From: an uncultured delta proteobacterium
GTDB taxonomy: Bacteria; Myxococcota_A; Polyangia; Fen-1088
Length of the DNA stretch: 64,000 nt
Assembly (NCBI GenBank): GCA_963796685.1
Contig: CAWCMR010000008.1
Span: forward strand, 448,001 to 512,000
Reading direction: 5' to 3'
Positions 43,195 through 52,776 of the stretch are shown here, piece after piece; the first letter of the stretch is position 1, and each line of letters starts with the position of its first letter. A program made the translations under genes and the position numbers. The notes beneath the pieces are model-generated. The model had not been told where the DNA came from. It saw nothing but the letters and a program-made list of their open reading frames with translations, and did not search any database.

Positions 43195-43221
43195 GATGCA
43201 TGGACTCGTCACTTCGTTACA
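43195..43221 (-). promoter_or_regulatory. Putative ECF sigma promoter TGTAAC-N16-GCATC upstream of the DUF1592 operon
   Basis: Minus strand TGTAAC-GAAGTGACGAGTCCAT-GCATC, about 110 nt before the ATG at 43082. Confidence 0.62.
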
Positions 43222-43429
43222 GGAAAGGTGCGAACCACGTGCAAGGAATGGGAATCCTTATTGCGGACCTGGCAGCTCCGCATTTGGAACCGATGGAGTT
43301 GCCCACGGGCAAGTTCTGACGGGCGCGCTACGTTGTCCGCATTATTGGCGATGAACCGGCTCGTTTACGCATGTAGAATGGTCGTGTTGAAAGCACGTTT
43401 GGCACCACGAGATATGCATCGGAGGTTTC

Positions 43430-44350
43430 ATGGGTATCTGCTCTCGTCCTTGGATGGCGCTGATTGCGTTGAGCCTGTTCTGGTGTGGCGTAACGGTGGG
43501 GTGCCATCGAGATAGAAAAAGGACTGAACAACTCCTGACCGAGACGGTCAAGTCCTACGATCAGCTCCAGCCGGAGCTCACCGCGCTCAAGGCCTCGTTG
43601 GGAGGACTGCGCAAGGACGTCGAGGACATCGCAACCAAGGTCCCGGGCGGGGCCGAATTGCGAGCGAAGTATTACAACGCGGATGAGGTCGCCGGCGTGC
43701 TTGACGCCAAGATGAAGTGGCTGTCCGACAGGATTGAGTCCGCCCGGCGTGACCCGAGGATGGCCGAGGTCGACAGCTTGCGGGATGCGATCGCGAAGAC
43801 GAGTGACGACATGGGACAGGTGAGCAACGTCCTAGTCGAGCTGACGCACGAAAAGGCACGCCTGGAGCGGCTCGCCGCGCTCCTCAAAGCCCCCTACGAA
43901 CGCCAGCTTTCCACGGGCTACGTGGTCAAGGCCGCGACGGACGGCGTGGAGTCGCACCTCATCGATTTCATCGAAGACGCCAACAAAAAGATCGACAAGG
44001 CGGATTGGTTCGATTTCGATCGGTTGCGGTTTGTGGGCGACAGCGCCAACCTCGACTTTCGAGGCTCGTTATCTCAGCTCGAAAACGTCGCGCGCATTCT
44101 CGCGGCCTATCCCGCCGTCAGGTTGAAGATTGGAGGCTTCACCGACGATAGAGGGACGGCTGCCGCAAGCAAGAGACTGTCGACACAACGGGCTCAGGCC
44201 GTGAAGAAGGCTCTCGTTCAGTCGGGGGCAAACCCGGCGCGCCTTGAAGCGCAAGGTTATGGTGCCCAACATCCGGAGTGTCCAGCCAATGATTCCGAGG
44301 TCTGTCGGGCGCGCAACCAATGCATCGCCGCGCTCATAACGGCGAAGTAG
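43430..44350 (+). CDS. OmpA C-terminal-like domain lipoprotein with coiled-coil N-terminus
   Basis: GGAGG RBS, TVGC lipobox, helical region, then WFDFDRLRF...LKIGGFTD...LS.QRA.AV...GYG. Confidence 0.85.
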   Translation: MGICSRPWMALIALSLFWCGVTVGCHRDRKRTEQLLTETVKSYDQLQPELTALKASLGGLRKDVEDIATKVPGGAELRAKYYNADEVAGVLDAKMKWLSDRIESARRDPRMAEVDSLRDAIAKTSDDMGQVSNVLVELTHEKARLERLAALLKAPYERQLSTGYVVKAATDGVESHLIDFIEDANKKIDKADWFDFDRLRFVGDSANLDFRGSLSQLENVARILAAYPAVRLKIGGFTDDRGTAAASKRLSTQRAQAVKKALVQSGANPARLEAQGYGAQHPECPANDSEVCRARNQCIAALITAK

Positions 44351-44629
44351 CCTGGTGAAGTTCGAGCCGTCCATTGCGTATTGAGCACAAAAGTACCAAT
44401 TGGTATCGAGAATGGCCGGACGACTGCACGGCCGGTCCGCGCAAAGTGACATCATGTAAGCGACTTCGTGGCTATTTCGGTTGTTTGCATGAAGTGCCGA
44501 AATGTGCTGATTCACAGACGCGGATGTTCCGGCTCGTTGAAGTGTGTGCGCACGTGGCACCATTTCGCGGGCTCTGCATCTGAACGAAATCCCGAGTCGT
44601 TCGGCTCGCCAGAACAGGTGGGGAAAATC

Positions 44630-45571
44630 ATGCTCTCTTCCAGACTCTTCAAGCTCGCAATTTCAGGTCTTGGCATCGTGGCCGCACTCGCCAGTTGCAG
44701 CTCGTCATCCAACTCCCCTTCGGGCTCGGGTGGCTCGGCAGTGGGTTCGCGCGGCATGGCCAGTGGCGGCGTCATGAGCTCCGGCAGCATGGCCAGCGGC
44801 GGCGTCATGGGCTCGGGCGGCGTGGCCAGCGGCGGAATCTTGGGCTCGGGCGGCATGGCCAGCGGTGGCTCCTTGGGCTCGGGCGGCATGGCCAGCGGCG
44901 GCGCCATGGGCTCCGGCAGCATGGCCAACGGCGGCGCGACCGGCTCTGGAGCTGGTGGCAAGACTGAGTCAGGGGGAGCCGTGGCAGGAGGCGGAGGGTC
45001 TGCGGGCACAATGCTTGGCGCTGGCGGCGGTGGCGGGAGCACCGGCTCGGCAATCGGGGGCGCCGACGGCGGCACGGAGAGCGGCACGTTCGACCTGACC
45101 AGCCCGGATCTGATGGATGGTGCCCACTTCGATTCCCAGTTCACCTGTGCGGCCTCGAATGGAACGTTCGGCTCCGGTGTCAACCCCGAGCTCGATTGGT
45201 CCGGGGCCCCGGCCGGCACCATGTCCTTCGCAATAACCTTCATCGACACGACCCTCGGGGACACCAATCCGATGGGGCAGCATTGGGCCATCTGGAACAT
45301 CCCGGCTACCGTGATGAAGCTCCCGCAGGCAACAGCGACGTTGACCGGGGATCTCGCGATGGCCAAACAAAGCGGCAAGTTTCTCGCCCCCTGCGCGCAA
45401 TCGCTGACGAACAATATGGACGATCAATACGCGTTCACCATCTATGCGCTCTCGACCGCAACCCTCGATGTGACGGGCACCACCGTCGCGAATGCGCTGA
45501 CGGCGTTGAAAGCCATCTCGCCGCTGGGAACGGCGGTCCTCCATGGACACGCCGGCCTCAAAGGCCAGTAG
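44630..45571 (+). CDS. YbhB/YbcL (PEBP/RKIP-like) lipoprotein with Gly-rich tandem-repeat linker
   Basis: Lipobox LASC, about six 10-aa (M/V)ASGG.(M/L)GSG repeats, and NPELDWSGAPAGTMSFAI...HWAIWNIP...YAFTIYAL. Confidence 0.87.
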   Translation: MLSSRLFKLAISGLGIVAALASCSSSSNSPSGSGGSAVGSRGMASGGVMSSGSMASGGVMGSGGVASGGILGSGGMASGGSLGSGGMASGGAMGSGSMANGGATGSGAGGKTESGGAVAGGGGSAGTMLGAGGGGGSTGSAIGGADGGTESGTFDLTSPDLMDGAHFDSQFTCAASNGTFGSGVNPELDWSGAPAGTMSFAITFIDTTLGDTNPMGQHWAIWNIPATVMKLPQATATLTGDLAMAKQSGKFLAPCAQSLTNNMDDQYAFTIYALSTATLDVTGTTVANALTALKAISPLGTAVLHGHAGLKGQ

Positions 45572-45823
45572 CTCAGTACCACAGGTGGAACGTGCCGCTC
45601 ACGTGGAGTAGCGCGAGCATAGAGAGTGTACCGTCCCAACTTGTCACGGAAATCGATGACGCCCCGAAAAGGTATCCTCGACACTCGTGACGCGTCTAGG
45701 CTATGCGGCCATGGCTGAATCTCGACTGACCTGCCTGTGCCAATGCGTAGCGCCGGCACACCGTGACGCGACCGCAACGCCACAAGGTTCTCGTCGTTCT
45801 CCACGCGACACTCCATCGCTGAT

Positions 45824-45836
45824 GAACATGATGTTC
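45824..45836. promoter_or_regulatory. Palindrome GAACAT-G-ATGTTC, probable TA autoregulatory operator
   Basis: Perfect 6-bp inverted repeat 20 nt upstream of the antitoxin start and next to a TATATT -10-like box. Confidence 0.5.
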
Positions 45837-45856
45837 CTACATGATATATTCGGGAT

Positions 45857-46114
45857 GTGAAGAGCCTTGTCACAACCCTGACCGAACGCGGACAGGCATC
45901 CCTGCCCGCATCGTTGCGCAAAGAACTGGGGCTCAAGCCGGGGCAACGTCTAAGGTGGCAGAAGCTCTCCGCATGCGAGGTGCGGTTGCTCGTGGAAGTG
46001 GGGAAACAGATCGCCGGGCCCAAGGCCATGCTGGGATTCGCCAAGACCTTTCGTAGCCCCAGACGAACCGCTGATTGGATGAGGGATCTGCGCGCTGGTG
46101 AAGCCCCTCGATGA
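45857..46114 (+). CDS. AbrB/MazE/SpoVT-type antitoxin
   Basis: TLTERGQASLPASLRKELGLKPG. ATGA overlap with the PIN gene. Confidence 0.88.
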   Translation: MKSLVTTLTERGQASLPASLRKELGLKPGQRLRWQKLSACEVRLLVEVGKQIAGPKAMLGFAKTFRSPRRTADWMRDLRAGEAPR

Positions 46115-46521
46115 GCTGGGTGGTTGACACCTGCGTCCTCATTGACGTGCTCGAGGACGATCCAACCTTCGGAGCCTCATCGGCGAACCAGCTTGAAAAG
46201 TCGTTGCGGAACGGGCTCGTGATCTCCCCAGTGACCATGATTGAATTGTCGCCGGCTTTTGACGGCAGCATGGAAACGCAGAAACACTTTTTGGGTCAGG
46301 TCGGCATCGGCTTCACCGAAAGCTGGACCTTCGCGGACACTGAGTGCGCGTATCTCGCCTGGAATGCGTATGTTCAGGCTCGACGCGCAAGCGATACGCC
46401 GAAGCGCCCTCTGGCCGATCTACTCATCGGCGCTTTCGCGTGCAGGTACCAAGGACTGATCACGCGCAATCCCAGCGATTTTCGCCGTTGGTTTCCCAAA
46501 CTGAAACTACGGCAGCCGTAA
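46111..46521 (+). CDS. vapC: PIN-domain toxin (VapC family)
   Basis: VVDTCVLID, E, LADLLIGA and LITRNP.DF acidic PIN residues. Confidence 0.9.
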   Translation: MSWVVDTCVLIDVLEDDPTFGASSANQLEKSLRNGLVISPVTMIELSPAFDGSMETQKHFLGQVGIGFTESWTFADTECAYLAWNAYVQARRASDTPKRPLADLLIGAFACRYQGLITRNPSDFRRWFPKLKLRQP

Positions 46522-46670
46522 CCCGGAACGACGCAAGACGATGAGCTGCTGGCGAAGGACCACATCCTCCGCGAAGAGGGCGGCGCGGGATTGGAAGATG
46601 TAACGCAGAGCGCTCGACACGGTCTCGAGGATTTCGACAAGCTCAAACCGGGTCGGCAACGCACTGCTCA

Positions 46671-46704
46671 GTCCCTCATGATTCCCTCATTCGGAATGAG
46701 GGAC
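46671..46704. terminator. Hairpin downstream of the tRNA / TA operon
   Basis: TCCCTCATTC-G-GAATGAGGGA stem with a second upstream GTCCCTCAT arm. Confidence 0.5.
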
Positions 46705-46747
46705 GCCGGAGCAAGACGATTGGGACCGTAAGACTGCGAAAAGTTTG

Positions 46748-46821
<74 letters not shown>

Positions 46822-46886
46822 TCACGTTCGAGAGGCAAGAAGGTGCAGCATCACGGCCTGCTCGTCAAGTGAGAACGCGTGAAAAG

Positions 46887-48497
46887 CTAGAGCGCGACGC
46901 GAAGTCCCACGCCCAGGTCGAAGAGCGCGGGTGCACGAACGATCGGGGGAGATGGCGGACAAGGCAGGTCGTTGCTGTTGAAGCCGAAGCGAAACTCGCC
47001 ATTTTGTTGGCCCCAGTGAACGGCACCGTAGGCTTCGAAGCGAATGTGGGTGAGCACCGTCAGCGAGTAGTCGAGCCGGGTGATGCCGGACCGGTCCGAC
47101 AGGTTCGCCAGGTTCGAAAGGGTGAAGGTTGTGTTGTCCCAGGAGTAGGGCGCGGGAGCCGTGGCGAACACGGCCAGGTAGTGCCGCCCAAGATAGAAGA
47201 ACGTCGCGGGATTCAGGAGTGGCTGGCTACGAGGAAGAACGAGGCCGAGATAGTCCTTGGCCGAGGAATAGCCGAGGCCATTGTAGAAGTACTCGGCTCC
47301 CACGGTAACCGTGTCCTTGTCGGCATACTGGCGGGTATACGAGACCCCGCCCGTAGCCTGCGGCTTCCAGCCCGAACCGCGCCCCGAGGGGAAGTAGCTA
47401 TTCACCAAATCCGAATAGCTGGGCGAGCTGGGTTGGGCGCTGCAGACGACCGGCTGCCCCGTGCCAGCCGTGGCGTCGTAGTGAACGAAATCGACATCCC
47501 CGGCGTTCCGCAGCGCTGCCTCCCCGTAGAAATCCAGATCCCAAACGCCGAACGAGAAATCGCCCGCGAACTTGGCCTTGCTGTTTTGTCTGCCGAAGAC
47601 GCCGACGCCGCCCTCGAAGGTGCCAAGCACGACTTCAGCGCGCGACGCCACCGCAACTCTGCCGGCGGTCTGGGTTGCGTCCACGTTCTCGGGCAAGGCA
47701 TAGGCGTAGAAATTCCACCCGCGCTCCTCCCACGGAATGTCCAGCTTCAGCATGGTGGTTCCGGTGCGCGCGTCGAAGGGAAGCAGGGGATTGCGCGCCT
47801 GCATGTGCAGGTAGTCCGTGGGAGCCCAGAAGCGCGCGGTTCCCCAACGCACGTGCTGCTTGCCCGCGGTCACGAACACAGTGTGCAAGAGATCGAAGCT
47901 CAACCACATCTGGTCGAGCAATACATTCGGTCCGCGCGTTTGCTGGCCGAAGATAGACGCGCTCGTGGAATCGCTCTCTTGCGCCGAGGACGACGACGCG
48001 ACGGTGGGCGTGGACGCAGAGCTTCCGTTCGGTGGGAGCGTGGGATCGTAGAACATGCGGCCGAGCACGAAGGCTCGCACGCGATCGTTGGGGCGCGCAT
48101 CCATGAAGACGTCGAGCAGCGCCGGGGTAGACAGACTCCAGTTCTGCGGCTTTTGTCCCTGTCCGACGGTGCTCATCGCGCGCCAATAGAGTTGTCCGCC
48201 GATCTTCAACGGATCCTCCGGTGCCACATCCGCAGAAAACCGTATGGGCGCGTTGGGATTCCCGAGATTCATTTCATCCCGCACGTCGGTTTCAACCCCC
48301 GTCCCTGTCCCCGTATCCGTGGTCGTGGCCGTGGCCGTGGTCGTGGCCGTGGCCGTGGCCGTGGCCGTGGCCGTCCCCGTCGCACTCTCACCCTTCCCCG
48401 CCCCGCCGAAGATCTCGTCTTCCGACGGCTGCTCCTGCGCCTGCGCACTTCCCGCAACCAGGAGCGCCCCACACAGCACCCCGACGGTGCCCCTCAT
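46887..48497 (-). CDS. Putative outer-membrane beta-barrel protein of the ABC/LolA-like operon
   Basis: Signal peptide, (TA)n linker, FVTAGKQHVRWG.....PTD, AEYFYNG.G and C-terminal LGVGLRVAL. Confidence 0.75.
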   Translation of the reverse strand: MRGTVGVLCGALLVAGSAQAQEQPSEDEIFGGAGKGESATGTATATATATATTTATATTTDTGTGTGVETDVRDEMNLGNPNAPIRFSADVAPEDPLKIGGQLYWRAMSTVGQGQKPQNWSLSTPALLDVFMDARPNDRVRAFVLGRMFYDPTLPPNGSSASTPTVASSSSAQESDSTSASIFGQQTRGPNVLLDQMWLSFDLLHTVFVTAGKQHVRWGTARFWAPTDYLHMQARNPLLPFDARTGTTMLKLDIPWEERGWNFYAYALPENVDATQTAGRVAVASRAEVVLGTFEGGVGVFGRQNSKAKFAGDFSFGVWDLDFYGEAALRNAGDVDFVHYDATAGTGQPVVCSAQPSSPSYSDLVNSYFPSGRGSGWKPQATGGVSYTRQYADKDTVTVGAEYFYNGLGYSSAKDYLGLVLPRSQPLLNPATFFYLGRHYLAVFATAPAPYSWDNTTFTLSNLANLSDRSGITRLDYSLTVLTHIRFEAYGAVHWGQQNGEFRFGFNSNDLPCPPSPPIVRAPALFDLGVGLRVAL

Positions 48498-49321
48498 CGG
48501 CTCTTGCTCTCCAGCCAGGCCTTCGTGAACAGATTCGCCTCGAGCGGCTTCATGTCGACGCTCTTGACCACGATCAGGGTCTGGTTGGCCTTCTCGACCT
48601 CGTCAAGGAAACGCATCTCCTCCGGGTACCACACGTCCATCTTGCGTGATTCGCTGTAGGCCTTCATCCACTTCGGGTAGTATGAGGTGCGCAGAAGACG
48701 CCCGGACAGCGCGAATTCCTGGCGCTTGAGCACGTTCTTGGTGGCCTTGTCGACCCACAGCTTGATGACCGGGAAGGCGAGATCGATGTCGGGCTTCCCC
48801 TTCAGGGTCATGACCTGCGCGGTGTAGGCGCCCAGCTTGGCTTCGCCATTGTCCTCGGGATCGTACTCCTCGGCCAGGCGCGATTCGTCGAAGTCCGAGC
48901 GCCGCGAGTTGGTGCCGCCGATGCGCTCGCGCTCGGTCCGGCGTTCCCACTTGCCCACCGAGGGATCGTAGAACCACAGGTTCTTGTCGATGCGCAGGTA
49001 CCCCTGCCCCTGCGAGGCCTTGGGCTTGGTGAACAGGATGATGAACTTCTGATCCTGGCTGCGCCGGAACACCAGCGCCTCGTAGGCCACGTCGACCTTG
49101 CCCTTCTCCTTCTGCTCCATGTAGATGAGCGAGCGCCAGTCACCCTGGTTGCGTTGCCGGTCGTCGACGGCCTTCAAGAGATCGACCATCTCCTGTTTGG
49201 TTGCCGCGTGGGCGGCTTTGGGCAGGGCGAACCCCGACAGTATCGACAACAAGGTCACGGCCAGGTAACCCGTACGACTGCTCGACCTAGACGACGACGA
49301 CGACATGGACAGCTCCTTCAT
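48494..49321 (-). CDS. Outer membrane lipoprotein-sorting (LolA-like) protein
   Basis: Signal peptide, ILFTKP...GQGYLRIDKNLWFY, GGTN..SDF and FALSGRLLR. Confidence 0.85.
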   Translation of the reverse strand: MKELSMSSSSSRSSSRTGYLAVTLLSILSGFALPKAAHAATKQEMVDLLKAVDDRQRNQGDWRSLIYMEQKEKGKVDVAYEALVFRRSQDQKFIILFTKPKASQGQGYLRIDKNLWFYDPSVGKWERRTERERIGGTNSRRSDFDESRLAEEYDPEDNGEAKLGAYTAQVMTLKGKPDIDLAFPVIKLWVDKATKNVLKRQEFALSGRLLRTSYYPKWMKAYSESRKMDVWYPEEMRFLDEVEKANQTLIVVKSVDMKPLEANLFTKAWLESKSR

Positions 49322-49330
49322 GGTCCGAGA

Positions 49331-50656
49331 CTAACCAAAGTGGGACATGGCCGACACGGGTGGCAAGCGCGCCGCCCGGTAGGCGGGATAGAGGGCGGCC
49401 AGAGTGGTGATGACGGTGATCATGAGCACCGACTCGGCCAAGGCTGGAGGATCGATCGCCAGGTGAAGCTGGTCCGACATCAAGAACAGCTGCACCGACA
49501 GCGGCACGCGAATGTGGGCCGCGTTCACCGAAGCCGCGATGACGGTGCCGGCCAGCGCCCCGGTCAGGGTGCCGATGAGCCCCATCTGGAACGACTCGAA
49601 CAGGAACATGCGCAGCACCCCGCCCCGCTGCATGCCGATGGCGCGCAGGGTGCCGATCTCGCGCGTGCGTTCGCGAATGGCGATCCACATGGTGTTCATG
49701 ATGCCGGTGATGACGATGGCGATGAGGATGGTCAAGAGCACGACCTTGAGCACGCTGATGACCTTCAAGGTCCAGGTCAGGAACGAGACCTCGTCTTCCC
49801 AGGTGGTGACGTCCAGCTTCTGGCCCGTCCAGTCCTCGCGATTGACGGTCTGAAACTTCATCCAGAAGGGATTGGCATCCGCGTCCATCAAGGTGTAGCC
49901 CGCTTTCTCGAGATCGCCACGCAACCGCCCGGCGATCTCGGCCGCCTGCGAGACGAACTTCGGCTTCAAATAGATCTGGATGACGCCCGTGGTGTCGGGC
50001 CGCAGCTGGTAGAGAGCGCGCGTGGTCTCGATGGGCACGAAGGTGCCGAACTTGCTCATTAGGCCCATGTCCTTCGCGATGGCGACGATGCGGCAGTCCA
50101 CGGTGTTGGCGGCCCCGCGGTTGGTCTGTGCCGAGATCGTGACGGCGTCGCCGACCTTCACCTTCAGGCGTTCGACCTGCGACTCGAAGATCATCATGGT
50201 GTTGCGCTCGGCCAGGTCCTCGATGCGACCGCTCACCACGGAGATCACGCGTTTGAAATCGGGCTCGTTCTTGATGTCGATACCGGTCACGCCGGCCTGC
50301 ATGGAGCCGGAATCCGAGATGATCTTGGCCCAGCCGCGTCCGCGGTGTACCCAGTGCTCGAGCTCGGGCACGTTCTGTTCCACGACCTTGGCCACCTTGG
50401 CGAACTCGGTCACCACGGGCCCCGATTGGCTCGACGTCACCTTGAAGAAGCCGCCCACGTTGACGTGGCCGGAGGACAGCGTGGTCGCGGCGCGAATCAT
50501 GGTGTCGCTGACCCCGGTCGAAAGGGCATTGAGCAGGACCAGGAGCCCGGTGACGCCCGCGATGGCCGCCACCAAAAAGACGGTGCGCCTGCGGTGCTGG
50601 AAGAGGCTGCGCAGGGCGATACGAAAATCGAGGAATAGATTGGTCATGGTGGTCAC
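49331..50656 (-). CDS. ABC transporter permease (FtsX/LolE-like)
   Basis: ALRSLFQHRRRT, SGHV and IMNTMWIAIRERTREIGTLRAIG. Confidence 0.92.
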   Translation of the reverse strand: MTTMTNLFLDFRIALRSLFQHRRRTVFLVAAIAGVTGLLVLLNALSTGVSDTMIRAATTLSSGHVNVGGFFKVTSSQSGPVVTEFAKVAKVVEQNVPELEHWVHRGRGWAKIISDSGSMQAGVTGIDIKNEPDFKRVISVVSGRIEDLAERNTMMIFESQVERLKVKVGDAVTISAQTNRGAANTVDCRIVAIAKDMGLMSKFGTFVPIETTRALYQLRPDTTGVIQIYLKPKFVSQAAEIAGRLRGDLEKAGYTLMDADANPFWMKFQTVNREDWTGQKLDVTTWEDEVSFLTWTLKVISVLKVVLLTILIAIVITGIMNTMWIAIRERTREIGTLRAIGMQRGGVLRMFLFESFQMGLIGTLTGALAGTVIAASVNAAHIRVPLSVQLFLMSDQLHLAIDPPALAESVLMITVITTLAALYPAYRAARLPPVSAMSHFG

Positions 50657-52776
50657 TCGTCGGATTGCATGGCCTGGCGCGGGCTGACCCGCATGGCGAT
50701 GAGGCCGGGGTAGATGCTGGAGGCGCCGCTGACCACGAGCACGATGGCGAGCGCGATGGCGACGTTGGCGACGGACATGCCGGGGTGCAGGCGCGGGCCG
50801 GAGAAGAAGAAGTAGAAGATGTCGTTGGAAGCGGGAATGCCGACTATGCGCAAAATGGCCACGATGCCGGCGCCCAGCGCCGAGCCGATGCCGCCGAAAA
50901 GGGCGCCGACGGCAAGGGCTTCGACGAGCAGCATACCGAGCAAGAACCGGCGTTGCGCACCGACGGCGCGCAAGGTGCCGATTTCGGCGATGCGCTCCAG
51001 CGTGGTCATGACCAGCGCATTGTTGATGACCACCAAGGCGACCGCGAAAATGATGAGGACCGAGATGTAGAGCACGTAGCGAATCATGGTGACGAACTGC
51101 CCGACCAGGCCGGACGCCTTCTGCCAGTCGATGGCCTTCAAGGTCATGCCCGCCTTGGTTCCGGCGGCCTCGATGTCCTTCATCGTCTGCGGGATGTGCC
51201 GCGGATCCTTGACGATGACCGCGGCGTTGAGCACCACGCCCTGCTCAAGCTGGGCCGGATCGTAGGTCTGGTCTTCGCGGCGTTCCCGCTGGCTCTTGCC
51301 CGCAAGGCCGCGCAGAACGGCGTCCGCGTCCTCGTCGGCGACCGCAGCCGCCGGCGCTTCCGTCTCGGCCCCGCTTTCCTTGGTACCGAACAGCTCGGCC
51401 TCGGCGTTGTCGCGATCGATTTCCTTGAGCCCGGCAGCGGCCTTGATGGCCTGGATCTCCCGATCGCGCTCGGGCGTGGAGAAGCCGTACAGCTCGCGGA
51501 AGGACACCAGGTCCATCAGGTTGAGGTTGCCCGCCAGGTGGGAATCCTCGAGCCCCTCGAAGGCGAAGGTGCCGTACACGCGCAGGTTCACCGACTGCAC
51601 GTAACCTCGCTTGGTGAAGGCCTTGATGGTAAGGGTGTCGCCCACCCGCACGCGGTACAAGGTCAGCGACGGCGCCAGCTCGTCGTAGAAGAACTTGTAC
51701 CGGCTCATGACGTTGGCATCGTCGACACGAAAGAATCCGGCCAGCAGTTTGCCGACGTCGTCTTCCTGGCTGCCGAGCTCCTTGCGCAGCTTGCTGCGGA
51801 ACGTGGCGGTCTGCTGCCCGTCGAGCTGGAGCATGATCTCCTTCACCTCGGTCGCGTTCTGCTTCACCAGGCGTTGCAGATCGGGATCGGTGGCGATCTT
51901 CTTTCCGCGTTTGAGGATGGCGTCGTGGATGACATCGAGCCGGTGCGCGGTCTTGAGCTTGACCTGCTCCTCGTACATGAACTTGGAGAAGAGGAATCCG
52001 CGCTTGCCCGGGGGAATGGTCGTTCCATCGACGATCTTCATGCGGTCGAAGGACTTGGCGAAGGCCGTCGGATCGGTGCCGATGTAGCGCAGGAACAGCA
52101 TGTCCGCGTCGCTGGCCAGGGGTGCGATCCGGTTTTCGAGGAATTCCAGCGTGCCCAGGGGATCCTTGTCGAATTCGCCCCAGAAATTCGGCGCCGTGGC
52201 GCGACGGATCGCCGCCAACTCCTCGGGGGCCACCGCCTTGTCGGTCAGGACCTTGCCCACGTTGGCCATGTCGGCGGCGAGCACGCTCACGATCTGGCGC
52301 ACGTGATCCTTCTGCGACTCGATGGCGGCGTGCACGTCCTGGCCGGCCTGCTGGCGGCGGACGAGGTCGCGCAGCTTCTCCAACACCACATCGACGGAGT
52401 TGCCCGCCGGTACCATGGCGCCCGACAGGCCCATGGGCACCACCGCCTTCACGTTGGGCACCGACAGCAAGGTCGCGCGCATGGTCTTGAAATCGTCGAT
52501 CTGCTCCAGATCCGCCCCTTCCATCTGGAAGCTGCCCATCACCGCCAGCTCGTCGGCCGACTTGGCGTTGTAGACCTGGATGTGCCCGGCCACCGAGCCG
52601 ATGATACTGCGGCTCATGGACGCGTCCACGCTGTCCACGAGCGCGGTGCCGACCACGACCAGCATGGAGCCGAACAGGATGATGCCGCCCACGATCAGCG
52701 TCTTGAGCCGGCTCGCGAACAGGTTGCGGAAGGCGATGAGCAGAATCACCTTCAACGTGTCGACGTATCCGCGCAT
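50653..52776 (-). CDS. ABC transporter permease (FtsX/LolE-like) with enlarged periplasmic domain
   Basis: IAFRNL, AGHIQV and INNALVMTTLERIAEIGTLRAVG; 707 aa. Confidence 0.92.
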   Translation of the reverse strand: MRGYVDTLKVILLIAFRNLFASRLKTLIVGGIILFGSMLVVVGTALVDSVDASMSRSIIGSVAGHIQVYNAKSADELAVMGSFQMEGADLEQIDDFKTMRATLLSVPNVKAVVPMGLSGAMVPAGNSVDVVLEKLRDLVRRQQAGQDVHAAIESQKDHVRQIVSVLAADMANVGKVLTDKAVAPEELAAIRRATAPNFWGEFDKDPLGTLEFLENRIAPLASDADMLFLRYIGTDPTAFAKSFDRMKIVDGTTIPPGKRGFLFSKFMYEEQVKLKTAHRLDVIHDAILKRGKKIATDPDLQRLVKQNATEVKEIMLQLDGQQTATFRSKLRKELGSQEDDVGKLLAGFFRVDDANVMSRYKFFYDELAPSLTLYRVRVGDTLTIKAFTKRGYVQSVNLRVYGTFAFEGLEDSHLAGNLNLMDLVSFRELYGFSTPERDREIQAIKAAAGLKEIDRDNAEAELFGTKESGAETEAPAAAVADEDADAVLRGLAGKSQRERREDQTYDPAQLEQGVVLNAAVIVKDPRHIPQTMKDIEAAGTKAGMTLKAIDWQKASGLVGQFVTMIRYVLYISVLIIFAVALVVINNALVMTTLERIAEIGTLRAVGAQRRFLLGMLLVEALAVGALFGGIGSALGAGIVAILRIVGIPASNDIFYFFFSGPRLHPGMSVANVAIALAIVLVVSGASSIYPGLIAMRVSPRQAMQSDE

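Noticed and set aside
43400-43420. TGGCAC motifs at 43400 and 44555 as sigma-54 promoters
   Set aside because: The GC dinucleotide is not at the required GG-N10-GC spacing.
43083-43430. Riboswitch (e.g. c-di-GMP-I) in the long intergenic region
   Set aside because: Only short hairpins are present, and I could not find the conserved aptamer motifs.
46522-46665. Possible transposase/integrase remnant after vapC
   Set aside because: Reads like a coding fragment, but no catalytic motif or terminal repeat can be supported.
48319-48374. (GTGGCC)n tract as a fourth copy of the dispersed repeat
   Set aside because: It lies in frame within a CDS encoding a Thr-Ala linker and lacks the flanking conserved blocks.
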